Of a stretch of DNA of 64,000 nt, positions 42,115 to 51,510 are shown one piece after another. The position numbers and the translations under genes are program-made. Each line of letters starts with the position of its first letter. Position 1 is the first letter of the stretch. The DNA comes from Alphaproteobacteria bacterium (GTDB lineage: Bacteria; Pseudomonadota; Alphaproteobacteria; JAAXGF01). Location of the stretch: contig CAUVXB020000002.1 in assembly GCA_963555825.3 (NCBI GenBank), positions 384,001 through 448,000 on the forward strand. Direction: 5' to 3'. The notes under the pieces are model-generated. The model made no database searches. It had not been told where the DNA came from and worked only from the letters and a program-made list of their open reading frames with translations.

Positions 42115-43470
42115 CTACTCCGGCAACGGCACCCCCGCCTTCTTGAGCATCGCGGCCTGACGGCGCTTGAGCCGCGCCACGTCGAAGTCCTGGATCAGGT
42201 CTTCGAACAGGGCGTGCCAGTTGATCTCGGCATCCAGGTGCAGGAACACCGAGCCAAGACCGATCGCGGCGCGGTCCATGTAGACGAACTCCTGGGGCGG
42301 GCTCACGCCGCCCAGGCGGCCCAGCTCGCGGTGCACCTTGGCGGCGACCTCGCGGCCGTAGACGCCCGACTTGGTCTCCTCCTGAATGCGCCGGGCGCGG
42401 TCGTCGAGCACCGGGCTGTAGACGAATTGGGCCCACAGGTTGAGCACGTCCAACAGCTCATCGGTCAGGCCGGTGAAGCCCCAGGTCTGGTAGGCATGGA
42501 CCGCGAGATCGCGGTCGTCGTTCTGCAGCGCGTGGTAGAGGTCGATGACGCCGGCGATGAACTTCGGCCGGAAGACGCGGATGCAGCCATAATCCAGCAG
42601 GTTGATCGTGCCGTCGGGGCGCACCGTGTAGTTGCCCAGATGCGGGTCGCCGTGGATGACGCCCCAGTTGTAGAACGGCACGTACCAGGCGTGGAACATG
42701 TTGTGCGCCACGGTGTTGCGCTCGGCGGCGGATCGCCCGACCCAGTCCATCAGGCGGTCGCCCTCGAGCCAGGTCATGGTCAACAACCGGTCGGTCGAGA
42801 GCTCGGCCACTTCCTCGGGCACGTGGACGCCGGGCTCGCGCGCCAGCATGCGGGCGTAGAGCGCCATGTGCCGGGCCTCGAGGTCGTAGTCGAGCTCCTC
42901 GCGCAAGCGGGCGGCGATCTCGGCGTGGATGCGGCTGGTGTCGATCGCCCTGTCGTAGCGCTGGTAGATCGCGAAGACGACCTTGAGCTGCTTCAAATCG
43001 GCCTCGACGACCGAGCGCATGTCGGGGTACTGCAGTTTGCAGGCGAGTTCACGGCCGTCGAGGCCGGTCGCGCGGTGGACCTGGCCGAGCGAGGCCGCCG
43101 CCGCGGCCTGGTGGCCAAAGTCGGCGAAGTGCTCGCGCCAGGCGGGGCCGAGCTCGGCGGCCATGCGGCGTTTGACGAAGGGCCAGCCCATCGACGGCGC
43201 GTTGGCCTGAAGCGCGCTGAATTCCTCGATGTATTCGTCGCGCAGCGCGTCGGGGATGGTCGACATCAACTGGGCGACCTTCATCAGCGGTCCCTTGAGG
43301 TCGCCCAGCGCATGGCGCAGATCGGCGGCCAGTCTGGGCCGGTCGAGCGGCACGCCGAACAGGCGCTCGGCGCCGATGCGCGCGGCGATCGTGCCGATCG
43401 AGGTCGACACGCGGGCGTAGCGCTTGACCCGGCCGCCGAGCGTGTTGTCCTCGGATTGCCGCCGCGCCAT
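42115..43470 (-). CDS. ABC1/AarF/UbiB family atypical kinase
   Basis: LKGPLMKVAQ, AAASLGQVHRA, CKLQYP, EELDY, HGDPHLGN, LLDYG. Confidence 0.93.
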   Translation of the reverse strand: MARRQSEDNTLGGRVKRYARVSTSIGTIAARIGAERLFGVPLDRPRLAADLRHALGDLKGPLMKVAQLMSTIPDALRDEYIEEFSALQANAPSMGWPFVKRRMAAELGPAWREHFADFGHQAAAAASLGQVHRATGLDGRELACKLQYPDMRSVVEADLKQLKVVFAIYQRYDRAIDTSRIHAEIAARLREELDYDLEARHMALYARMLAREPGVHVPEEVAELSTDRLLTMTWLEGDRLMDWVGRSAAERNTVAHNMFHAWYVPFYNWGVIHGDPHLGNYTVRPDGTINLLDYGCIRVFRPKFIAGVIDLYHALQNDDRDLAVHAYQTWGFTGLTDELLDVLNLWAQFVYSPVLDDRARRIQEETKSGVYGREVAAKVHRELGRLGGVSPPQEFVYMDRAAIGLGSVFLHLDAEINWHALFEDLIQDFDVARLKRRQAAMLKKAGVPLPE

Positions 43471-43474
43471 GCGT

Positions 43475-43657
43475 TTAGACCATTGTCCGGTTACTTTTTG
43501 GTGCGGTCACCTTTGGTGACCTGCGCTCAATCGCCGCGCATGCCAATCTTGATCCCACAAGGACTGGCCGAACGGTCGGCGGCCCCCCTCTTGTTGGGAT
43601 AAGATTGGCGCGGGCTGGTAGGAGCCGGCCGAATTCGATTGATTGGATTACGCACTA
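43475..43657 (-). repeat. Modular intergenic repeat, copy D (reverse orientation)
   Basis: Reverse complement of the shared core; begins at the TAG stop of pepF. Confidence 0.88.
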
Positions 43658-45451
43658 ATCGTCTTCTTCGAGCTCGTCGATGAAGCCCGAGATGACGTCC
43701 AGCCCCTTCGACCAGAACGCCGGGTCCGACGCGTCGAGCCCGAACGGCGCCAACAGCTCCTTGTGGCGCAGCGTGCCACCGGCGCGCAGCATCGTGAGGT
43801 AGCGCTCCTGGAAGCCTTGCGCCGAATCCTGGTAGACCGCGTAGAGCGAGTTCACCAGACACTCGCCGAAGGCATAGGCGTAGACGTAGAACGGCGTGTG
43901 GATGAAGTGCGGGATATAGCTCCAGTAGGCGCCGTAACCGTCGTCGAAGCGGATCGCCGGGCCGAGGCTCTCGCCCTGGACGGCGAGCCAGATCTCGCCG
44001 ATGCGCTCGCCGGTCAGCTCGCCGGCGCGGCGCTCGTCGTGTAGCCGGCGCTCGAACTCGCAGAAGGCGGCCTGGCGCACCACGGTGTTGATCATGTCCT
44101 CGACCTTGCCGGCCAGCATGACGCGCCGGCGTTTGGCGTCGTCCTCGGCGCCGAGCATGGCGCGGAAGGTGAGCTGCTCGCCGAACACCGAAGCGGTCTC
44201 GGCGAGCGTCAGCGGCGTGTCGGCCATCAGCGCGCCCCGCTCGGCGGCGAGCAGCTGGTGGACGCCGTGGCCGAGCTCGTGCGCCAGCGTCATGACGTCG
44301 CGCGTCTTGCCCTGGTAGTTGAGTAGGATATAGGGGTGCGCGCTCGGCACGGTGGGATGGGAGAAGGCGCCGGGCGCCTTGCCGGCGCGCACGCCGGCGT
44401 CGACCCAGGCGTTGTCGAAGAAGCGCTTGCCGAGGTCCGCCATCTCGCCCGAAAACGCGCCATAGGCGCCGAGCACGGTGTCGACCGCGGCGTTCCACGG
44501 CACCACCCGGTCGTCGTCGTCGGGCAGCGGCGCGTTGCGGTCCCAATGGTCGAGCGCGTCGACGCCCAGCCAGCGCGCCTTGATCGCGTAATATCGGTGC
44601 GAGAGCCGTGGATAGGCGTTTCTGACCGCGTCGAGCAGCGCGTCGACGACCTCGTCCTCGACCTGGTTGGCCAGGTTGCGCGACGAGATCGGCCGGGCGA
44701 AGCCGCGCCAACGATCCTCGATCTCCTTATCCTTGATCAGCGTGTTGGTGATCAGCGCGAAGCACCGGACATTGGCGCCGAGCACTTCGGTCAGCGCCCC
44801 GGCGGCGCGTTCGCGCAGCGCGGCGTCGGGGTCGGACATGAGGTGCAGCGCCTCGGCGCTGGTCAATTCCTTGCCGTCGATCGGGAAGCGCAGGCCGTCG
44901 ATGGTCTGATCGAACAGGCGCGTCCAGGCGGCGCGCCCGACGACCGATTTGTCGTGCAAGAGCTTCTCGATCTCGTCGGACAGCTGATGGGGCCGGAAGG
45001 CGCGCTGGTCGCGTACCCAGGACGCGTAATGCGCCGCGCCGGGCGTGCCCATCTTGGCGGCCAGCGTGTCGTCGTCGAGCCGGTTGAGCTCGAGCGTGAA
45101 GAACAGGACATGGGCCGAAATATCGGTGATCGCCTCGTGCATGGTCTGGAAGAAGCGGCCGACTTCCGGGTCGTCCACGGCGCCGGCGTGCATCAGCGAG
45201 GCGTAGCTCATGACACGGCCGAGGATCTCCTCGATCGCCTCATACTCGGCGATGGCGTCGCCCAGGCCCGAGCCGTCGATCTCGGCGAGCCGGCCGGCGT
45301 AGCGGCTCTCGAACGCCTCGGCCGACGCGCGCACGGCCGCAAGGTCCTGCTTGAGTTCCGACGACTCGGGTCCCGGATAGAGATCGTTCAGGTCCCAGCC
45401 GGGCAGCATGCCGACCGCCGCCTCTCCGTCATTCACCACCGCATCGCTCAT
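43655..45451 (-). CDS. pepF: M3 family oligoendopeptidase F
   Basis: WDLNDLY, TLAHELGHGVH, AETASVFGE, HFIHTPFYVYAYAFG. Confidence 0.92.
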   Translation of the reverse strand: MSDAVVNDGEAAVGMLPGWDLNDLYPGPESSELKQDLAAVRASAEAFESRYAGRLAEIDGSGLGDAIAEYEAIEEILGRVMSYASLMHAGAVDDPEVGRFFQTMHEAITDISAHVLFFTLELNRLDDDTLAAKMGTPGAAHYASWVRDQRAFRPHQLSDEIEKLLHDKSVVGRAAWTRLFDQTIDGLRFPIDGKELTSAEALHLMSDPDAALRERAAGALTEVLGANVRCFALITNTLIKDKEIEDRWRGFARPISSRNLANQVEDEVVDALLDAVRNAYPRLSHRYYAIKARWLGVDALDHWDRNAPLPDDDDRVVPWNAAVDTVLGAYGAFSGEMADLGKRFFDNAWVDAGVRAGKAPGAFSHPTVPSAHPYILLNYQGKTRDVMTLAHELGHGVHQLLAAERGALMADTPLTLAETASVFGEQLTFRAMLGAEDDAKRRRVMLAGKVEDMINTVVRQAAFCEFERRLHDERRAGELTGERIGEIWLAVQGESLGPAIRFDDGYGAYWSYIPHFIHTPFYVYAYAFGECLVNSLYAVYQDSAQGFQERYLTMLRAGGTLRHKELLAPFGLDASDPAFWSKGLDVISGFIDELEEDD

Positions 45452-45588
45452 CCGATTCCGCCCTCCATCGTCGCGCCCCGCCCAATCCTATAGCCATCAC
45501 GCCCGGCGCCGCCATGCCTCAACGCTTGGGCCAGCGGGTGAGTATGTTTAATATCGCCGCCTTGGCCAGCAACAAGATAGTGCGAGGC

Positions 45589-47376
45589 ATGATGCGCGAC
45601 GAGGTGTGGACCAATCTGGCGGCGATGTTTTTCGACTGCGCCGCGGCGGGCGGCGACGCACCCTTCCTGTGGTCGAAGCACGGCGGCGCGTACCGGCCGC
45701 AGTCGTGGCGCGCCATCGCCGACGAGGTCTCGGCGCTGTCGCGCGGCCTGCGCGCGCTCGGCGTCGCGCGCGGCGACCGCGTCGTGCTGGTCTCGGAGAA
45801 CCGGCCCAACTGGGTCGTCGCCGACCTCGCGATCATGGCCGCCGGCGCCGTGCCGGTGCCCGCCTACACGACCAACACGACCGACGATCACGGCCATATC
45901 CTGACCGATTCGGGCGCCACCGCGGCGATCGTCTCGACGTCCGCGCTCGCCGAACGCCTGCTGCCGGCCGCCGACGCCGCGCCCGAGCTGCGCTTGGTCG
46001 TCGCCATGGAGCCTCCCGAGCGCGCCGAGGGGCAAGCGGTCGCGGTCCACGCCTGGGACGAGGTCGTCGCGCGCGGCCGCGCGGCGCCCGACGACGTCGC
46101 CGAACTGGTCGGCCGCCTGACGCGGCGCGACCTCGCCTGCATCATCTACACCTCGGGCACCGGCGGGCGGCCCAAGGGCGTCATGCTCTCTCACGCGGCG
46201 ATCCTGTGCAATATCGGCGGCGCCCACGGGCTGCTGGCCGGGCTCGGCCTGACCGACGAGGTGTTCCTGTCGTTCCTGCCGCTGTCGCATTCCTACGAGC
46301 ACACCGCGGGGCTGCACTTCCCGATCTCGATCGGCGCGCAGATCTACTACGCCGAGGGTGCCGAGACGCTGGCCGCCAACCTGACCGAGGCGCGCCCGAC
46401 GATCCTCACCTGCGTGCCCCGGCTGTTCGAGACCATGCGCCAGCGCATCCTGGCGGGCGTCAAGCGCACCGAGGGCCTGAAGCGCAAGCTGTTCGACGCG
46501 GCGCTCGAGCTCGGCCGCCGGCGCTACGAGGACCCGGCCAGCCTGTCGTTCGGCGACCGGCTGCTCGACCGGCTGGTCGAGCGGCTGGTGCGCGACAAGG
46601 TGCGCGGGCGCTTCGGCGGCCGGCTCAAGGCGCTGATCTCGGGCGGCGCGCCGTTGAACTACGACGTCGGGCTGTTCTTCGTCGCGCTCGGCCTGCCGCT
46701 GTTGCAGGGCTATGGCCAGACCGAGGCGGCGCCGGTCATCTCGGCCAACCGGCCCGAGCGCAACAAGCTGCGCACGGTCGGCCCGCCGCTCGACGGCGTC
46801 GAGGTAAGGATCGCCGAGGACGGCGAGATCCTGGTGCGCGGCGAACTGGTCATGGACGGCTACTGGAACAACGCGGAGGCCACCGCCGAGGCGCTCGCCG
46901 ACGGCTGGCTGCATACCGGCGACATCGGTGTGCTGGACGCCGACGGCTACATCGAGATCACCGACCGCAAGAAGGACATCATCGTCAACTCGGGCGGCGA
47001 CAACCTGGCGCCGCAGCGCGTCGAGGGCGTGCTCGCGCTCGAGCCCGAGATCGCCCAGGCGATGGTGTTCGGCGACCGCCGCCCGCATCTGGTCGCGCTG
47101 ATCGTGCCCGACGCGGACTTCGTCGAGGTCTACGCCGAGACCAACGGCGTCGCCGCCGACCTTGCGGCATTGGCCGCCGACGCCGCCTTCAAGCGTGCGC
47201 TGGGCGCCGCGGTCGAGCGCGCCAACGCGGGCCTCTCGCCGATCGAGCGGATCAAGCGCCACGCCGTCGCCGCCGAGCCCTTCACTGTCGACAACGGCGA
47301 GATGACGCCGACGCTCAAGGTCCGCCGCCACGCCGTCACGGCGCGCTACGGCGCGGTGCTCGAGGGGCTGTATTGA
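45589..47376 (+). CDS. Long-chain acyl-CoA synthetase (AMP-forming)
   Basis: YTSGTGGRPKG, QGYGQTE, GWLHTGDIG, DRKKD, TPTLKVRR. Confidence 0.93.
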   Translation: MMRDEVWTNLAAMFFDCAAAGGDAPFLWSKHGGAYRPQSWRAIADEVSALSRGLRALGVARGDRVVLVSENRPNWVVADLAIMAAGAVPVPAYTTNTTDDHGHILTDSGATAAIVSTSALAERLLPAADAAPELRLVVAMEPPERAEGQAVAVHAWDEVVARGRAAPDDVAELVGRLTRRDLACIIYTSGTGGRPKGVMLSHAAILCNIGGAHGLLAGLGLTDEVFLSFLPLSHSYEHTAGLHFPISIGAQIYYAEGAETLAANLTEARPTILTCVPRLFETMRQRILAGVKRTEGLKRKLFDAALELGRRRYEDPASLSFGDRLLDRLVERLVRDKVRGRFGGRLKALISGGAPLNYDVGLFFVALGLPLLQGYGQTEAAPVISANRPERNKLRTVGPPLDGVEVRIAEDGEILVRGELVMDGYWNNAEATAEALADGWLHTGDIGVLDADGYIEITDRKKDIIVNSGGDNLAPQRVEGVLALEPEIAQAMVFGDRRPHLVALIVPDADFVEVYAETNGVAADLAALAADAAFKRALGAAVERANAGLSPIERIKRHAVAAEPFTVDNGEMTPTLKVRRHAVTARYGAVLEGLY

Positions 47377-47402
47377 TTTCCATCTGGGCATAAGGGCTTG
47401 GT

Positions 47403-47858
47403 ATGAGCGACGATCTGACGGTCTATCTTTCGGGTGATATCCACAGCGATTGGCGCGAGCGCATTCGCGAAGGCGTGGCGGCCGCGGGGCTCGACGTGAC
47501 GTTGCTCGCACCGGTTACCGATCATGCCACCAGCGACGCGGCCGGCGTCGCGATCTTGGGCGCCGAGGCGGATGACTTCTGGCGCGACCACAAGGGCGCC
47601 AAGGTCAACGCCATCCGCACGCGCACGCAGATCGAGCGCGCCGATGTCGTCGTCGTGCGCTTCGGCGACGAGTACCGTCAGTGGAACGCCGCCTTCGACG
47701 CGGGCTACGCCGCGGCGTTGGGCACCCCGGTCATCACGCTCCACGACGCCGCGCTCGGCCATGCGCTCAAGGAGGTCGACGCCGCGGCCTTAGCCGTTGC
47801 CGAGACCCTCGAGCAAGTCGTCCGCCTGCTCGCCTACGTCGTCAAGGGAAAGTTGTAG
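47403..47858 (+). CDS. YtoQ family protein
   Basis: VYLSGDIHSDWR, AKVNAIRT, YRQWNAAFDAG, HALKEVD. Confidence 0.88.
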   Translation: MSDDLTVYLSGDIHSDWRERIREGVAAAGLDVTLLAPVTDHATSDAAGVAILGAEADDFWRDHKGAKVNAIRTRTQIERADVVVVRFGDEYRQWNAAFDAGYAAALGTPVITLHDAALGHALKEVDAAALAVAETLEQVVRLLAYVVKGKL

Positions 47859-47972
47859 ACTGCCATCAACTACCGCTGTTGGTTGTAACGGCGGTTTGGT
47901 CTAAGTTTCGCCACACCGTTGACGCAGGATGCCCGGCCGACGCCCGATCGGCGCCGCCGTGAGCAGACCGAC

Positions 47973-50900
47973 ATGACCGCGAGCCCGCCCGTGACCCCGA
48001 CCGATGCCGCCAACCGTGCCGCGCCCATCTCCTTCGCGCGCTGGGCGCTCGGCGTGCTGGTGCCATTGCTGGCCTACGTGGCGCTTGTGTTCGTCTTGAT
48101 GGGCGAGCGTTCGTGGTCGGTCGGGGCGTATCTGGTGCCGATCGTCTATGTGGCCGTGTTCATCTACCGGTACGGCATACTCAACGGCTGTCGACGAGCA
48201 CACGCGGTCGCGGCGGCGGCGTTTGTCGCCCTGACGGGCGTGGCGTGCTTTGTCTTTCCCGTTCCACCTGGCGTCTTCATCCCAGCGGCGTGGGTCGCCT
48301 ATGTCCTGTTGCCCGGGGTGTGGGTCTGGTATGGAAAATCTAAGTCATTGATTTAGTGCGTTTTTTGTGTCGAGACGAACGGCCGAAATCGGCTATTCGT
48401 GACAATGGGCCGCTCCAAGGCAGGATTTTGTTACGACGGCAGGGTCGAGCAGGGGAAGGTGGGAACGCTCCGCACCGCCAGAAGCGGTACGATGCCGTGT
48501 CTCGAAACCCAACATCGGGAGCATTCCCATGGCAGTATCCCCGCCTCCGGCGCCTTCGTCCATCGATCTTTCCGGCCTGCCTCCTCGGGTCGTCGAGGCG
48601 GCCGCCCGGGTGCTCGCACTGTGTCGCGAGGAGCTTCGTTCCGAGCCGCGCCCCGAGGCGCCCGAGGAGGTCGAGTTGCGGGTGCGTGAGGCCACGAACG
48701 AGTTCGCTCGCGATGTCATGGGCGCCGTCATCGAGAACCGGGACGATGGCGCTTCCCGGATCGAGCGGGACGGGCAGAGCTGGTTCCGGGTCGCGGTGAC
48801 GCCGAAGACGATCATGACCTCGCTCGGTCCGGTGACCTACCGGCGAGCGCGTTACCGCAGCGGCGCGAGCGGGGCATCGCCGGTGCCGGTCGACGAGAGC
48901 CTGGGCCTCGTCGACGATTACCTGACGCGGCCGGCGGCCGAGCTCGGTCTGCTGATGATGGGTCACTGCACGGCCCGGGAAGCGGCGGCGTTCTTTGCGA
49001 AGACCGGCGCCATGACGCCGTCGGTGAGCACCCTGCAGCGCCTGACCCTGAGCATGCACGAATGCTGGGAGAGCCTCGGCCCGGAGACGCTGGGCAGCAT
49101 CCGTGAGGCCGAGGGCATACCGCAGGACGCGACCACCGCCTCGGTCTCCCTCGACGGCGTCATGGTGCCGCTGAGACCCGGCGAGGACGGTCGCGCCAAG
49201 GCCTCCTGGCGCGAGGCTGCCTGCGGCACGGTCTCCTTCCACGACGCCGAGGGCAAGCGCCTGAAGACCCTCTATCTCGGCCGCATGCCGGAGAGCGGCA
49301 AGCTCACGCTGAAGGCGCAGCTTGCAAGCGAAGTCGCACACATCAGGCGAGCACGCCCCGAGATCGGGATCGTCGCTATCGCCGATGGCGCCGCCGACAA
49401 CTGGACCTTCCTGGAGACCCTGTCGCCCGAAACCGAGGTGATCGACTTCTGGCATGCTTGCGAACATCTGCAAACCGCGTCCGACCATGCCGTGGCGCCC
49501 GGCTGGTTCGAGAAGTACCGCGAGATCCTCCGTCACGATCCCCGTGGCGTCGCCAAGGTGATCCGGGCGCTGCGCCACCTTCGCGATGCCGCCGCTGCGC
49601 CGGACCGGGCCGAGACCGAGCGGGAACTCGCCTTCTTCCGCAAGCATCGCCATCGCATGCGCTACCACGCCCTGAAGGAAGAGGGCATCGCCATCGGCTC
49701 AGGCGTGGTCGAAGCTGCCAACAAGACCCTGGTGACACAGCGCATGAAGCGCTCCGGCATGCGCTGGCGGATCGTCGGCGGACAGGCTGTTCTGACCTTC
49801 CGCGCCCTGATCAAATCCGGCCGCTTCGAGCGGGCATGGAAGGCCCTGATCAGCGCAACCGACACACCGGCCAACGACAACATCAGTCCACGTGCAGCAG
49901 CCATGGCAATCGCTGCCTGAACTCAACGAACCAAGCCGCAGACATCACTGCCATGCGAGACTCGCACCCGTTGCCCGGTCCCTTTCCCGCCGTAATCTGG
50001 ATCGTGGCGCCGGTGACGATGGGCGTTCTCCTCGGTTTGGCGCTGTCGATCGCCCATTGGATCGCCTATCCGCACGGCATCCGCTCGTTCTGTCTCTGGT
50101 TCTTGGTCCATGCCGCCGGCGCCGGCGCGGGCGCCGCCCTGCTGGCGTTCTTCATGATCGAGGGTTTGCGCACCGATTACGCCTATCTCGAAGGCATAAT
50201 TTTCTGGTTAGCCGCCTCGCCCCTGGTGATCCTTCCGCATCTCTACCTGACGTGGCTCGCGCATCGACGGACGGCTGTGAACGCCACGCCGGCGACAGAG
50301 CCGAGCTCCTCGAGTCTTCCCGGTCCCCTGTTACGCAACGGGTGCGCCGCGCTTGTCGTCTACGGGGCCGTCGCCGTCGGTCGTGTCGTATCGATTGACA
50401 TGGGTTGGCATGCACTCGCCTGGCCCTACTACGACATGGAGATGGCCGGTGTGTTCGGCTTCTACGATCGGCCCTACGGCGAGGCGCCGATCATGATCGG
50501 CGGGCAGGTTTACTTGATCCCGGCTGAGTGGTTCGACACGGTCGCCGCCAAGGACGAGGACAACGCATTCTATTTCGTCGTCCTGCGCATCCGTTTCGAT
50601 TCGATGGTCGATCGATACGGCGCGCCGCCCGAACTCTTGAGCAGATTTGTCGAGATCAAGCTGAGCGAGGGCCAAACCGAGTTCTCGACCATCCGGAAGG
50701 ACGCCGGGTCCACGGAGGTCGCGTGCAGATCGCGCCATCTGGGCCCCTTGACGACCTGCTGGAACGTCGGCCACGCCATCCCCTTCGTCTGGATACCGCA
50801 GGCCTCCGACTACGCGGCACGGATCGAGCCCGATATCGGCACCGATGGCGTCCTCCTTTTCGACGATGATCCGACGGAACCCGGCTTCGAGATTCGCTGT

Positions 50901-51140
50901 CACAAGTACGAATTCGAATGCGCCATGGTCTTCGACGACGGGCGCATCCAGGTCCTCGTGCGTTTCTCCACGACGCTGTTGCCGTACTGGAACGAGATTC
51001 GCGGGTGGGTCGACTATCAACTCGAGGACACGCGCCGGCGCGCCGAGACGTTCGGCAAGCCGTTCAGGATCGATCTCGATCGGTCACCGATGGATTCGAC
51101 CCGGCACCCGCCTCTTGATGTGAGGCAGCGTCGCCCATGA
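47973..51140 (+). pseudogene. Multi-TM membrane protein with soluble C-terminal domain, interrupted by an IS
   Basis: Removing 48316-49977 joins AYVLLPG to PFPAVIWIV in frame. Confidence 0.8.
48316..49969 (+). mobile_element. ISKra4/ISLre2-type (Mutator-like) element; transposase 48529-49920
   Basis: SLDGVMV, IADGA, DFWHACEHL, GSGVVEAANK; TIRs match 15/19 (GGGTGTGGGTCT...); 8-bp TSD GTTGCCCG at 48308 and 49970. Confidence 0.9.
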
Positions 51141-51510
51141 CCATCGATCCGACAGCCGTCGCAACCGACGTGAGCTGTGACGTGCGGCCCTATCTATGCA
51201 AGGACGACCACTTCCACGGCCTCACCATTTGTTGGCACGAGCGTGAAGCGTTCGCGTCGTTTTCGCCGCCCGACGGCTTCGACCGCAGATTGGCCATAGA
51301 TTCCAGCACGCGCGACGACACCGACTAGTACTTCGGCGGCGCCGAGGAACCGAACGCCTGGTTCGCCTGCTGGGAGTTCAACGGGCTGTGCAACGCCCAG
51401 TTGGAGCGCAACAAAATTCGGCGCAGATTCTGTTCCCTTGGACGCTGCTCCGCCACTGGCGCGGCATCATAGAGGGCGTGCGGCGGAGGCTCGATTCGTA
51501 CTCGTTCCCA
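51137..51510 (+). pseudogene. Degraded paralogue of the C-terminal domain of the preceding membrane protein
   Basis: FACWEFNGLCNAQ..ILFPWTLLRHWRGIIEGV parallels IRCHKYEFECAMV..VRFSTTLLPYWNEIRGWV; internal TAG at 51326 and one frameshift. Confidence 0.55.
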
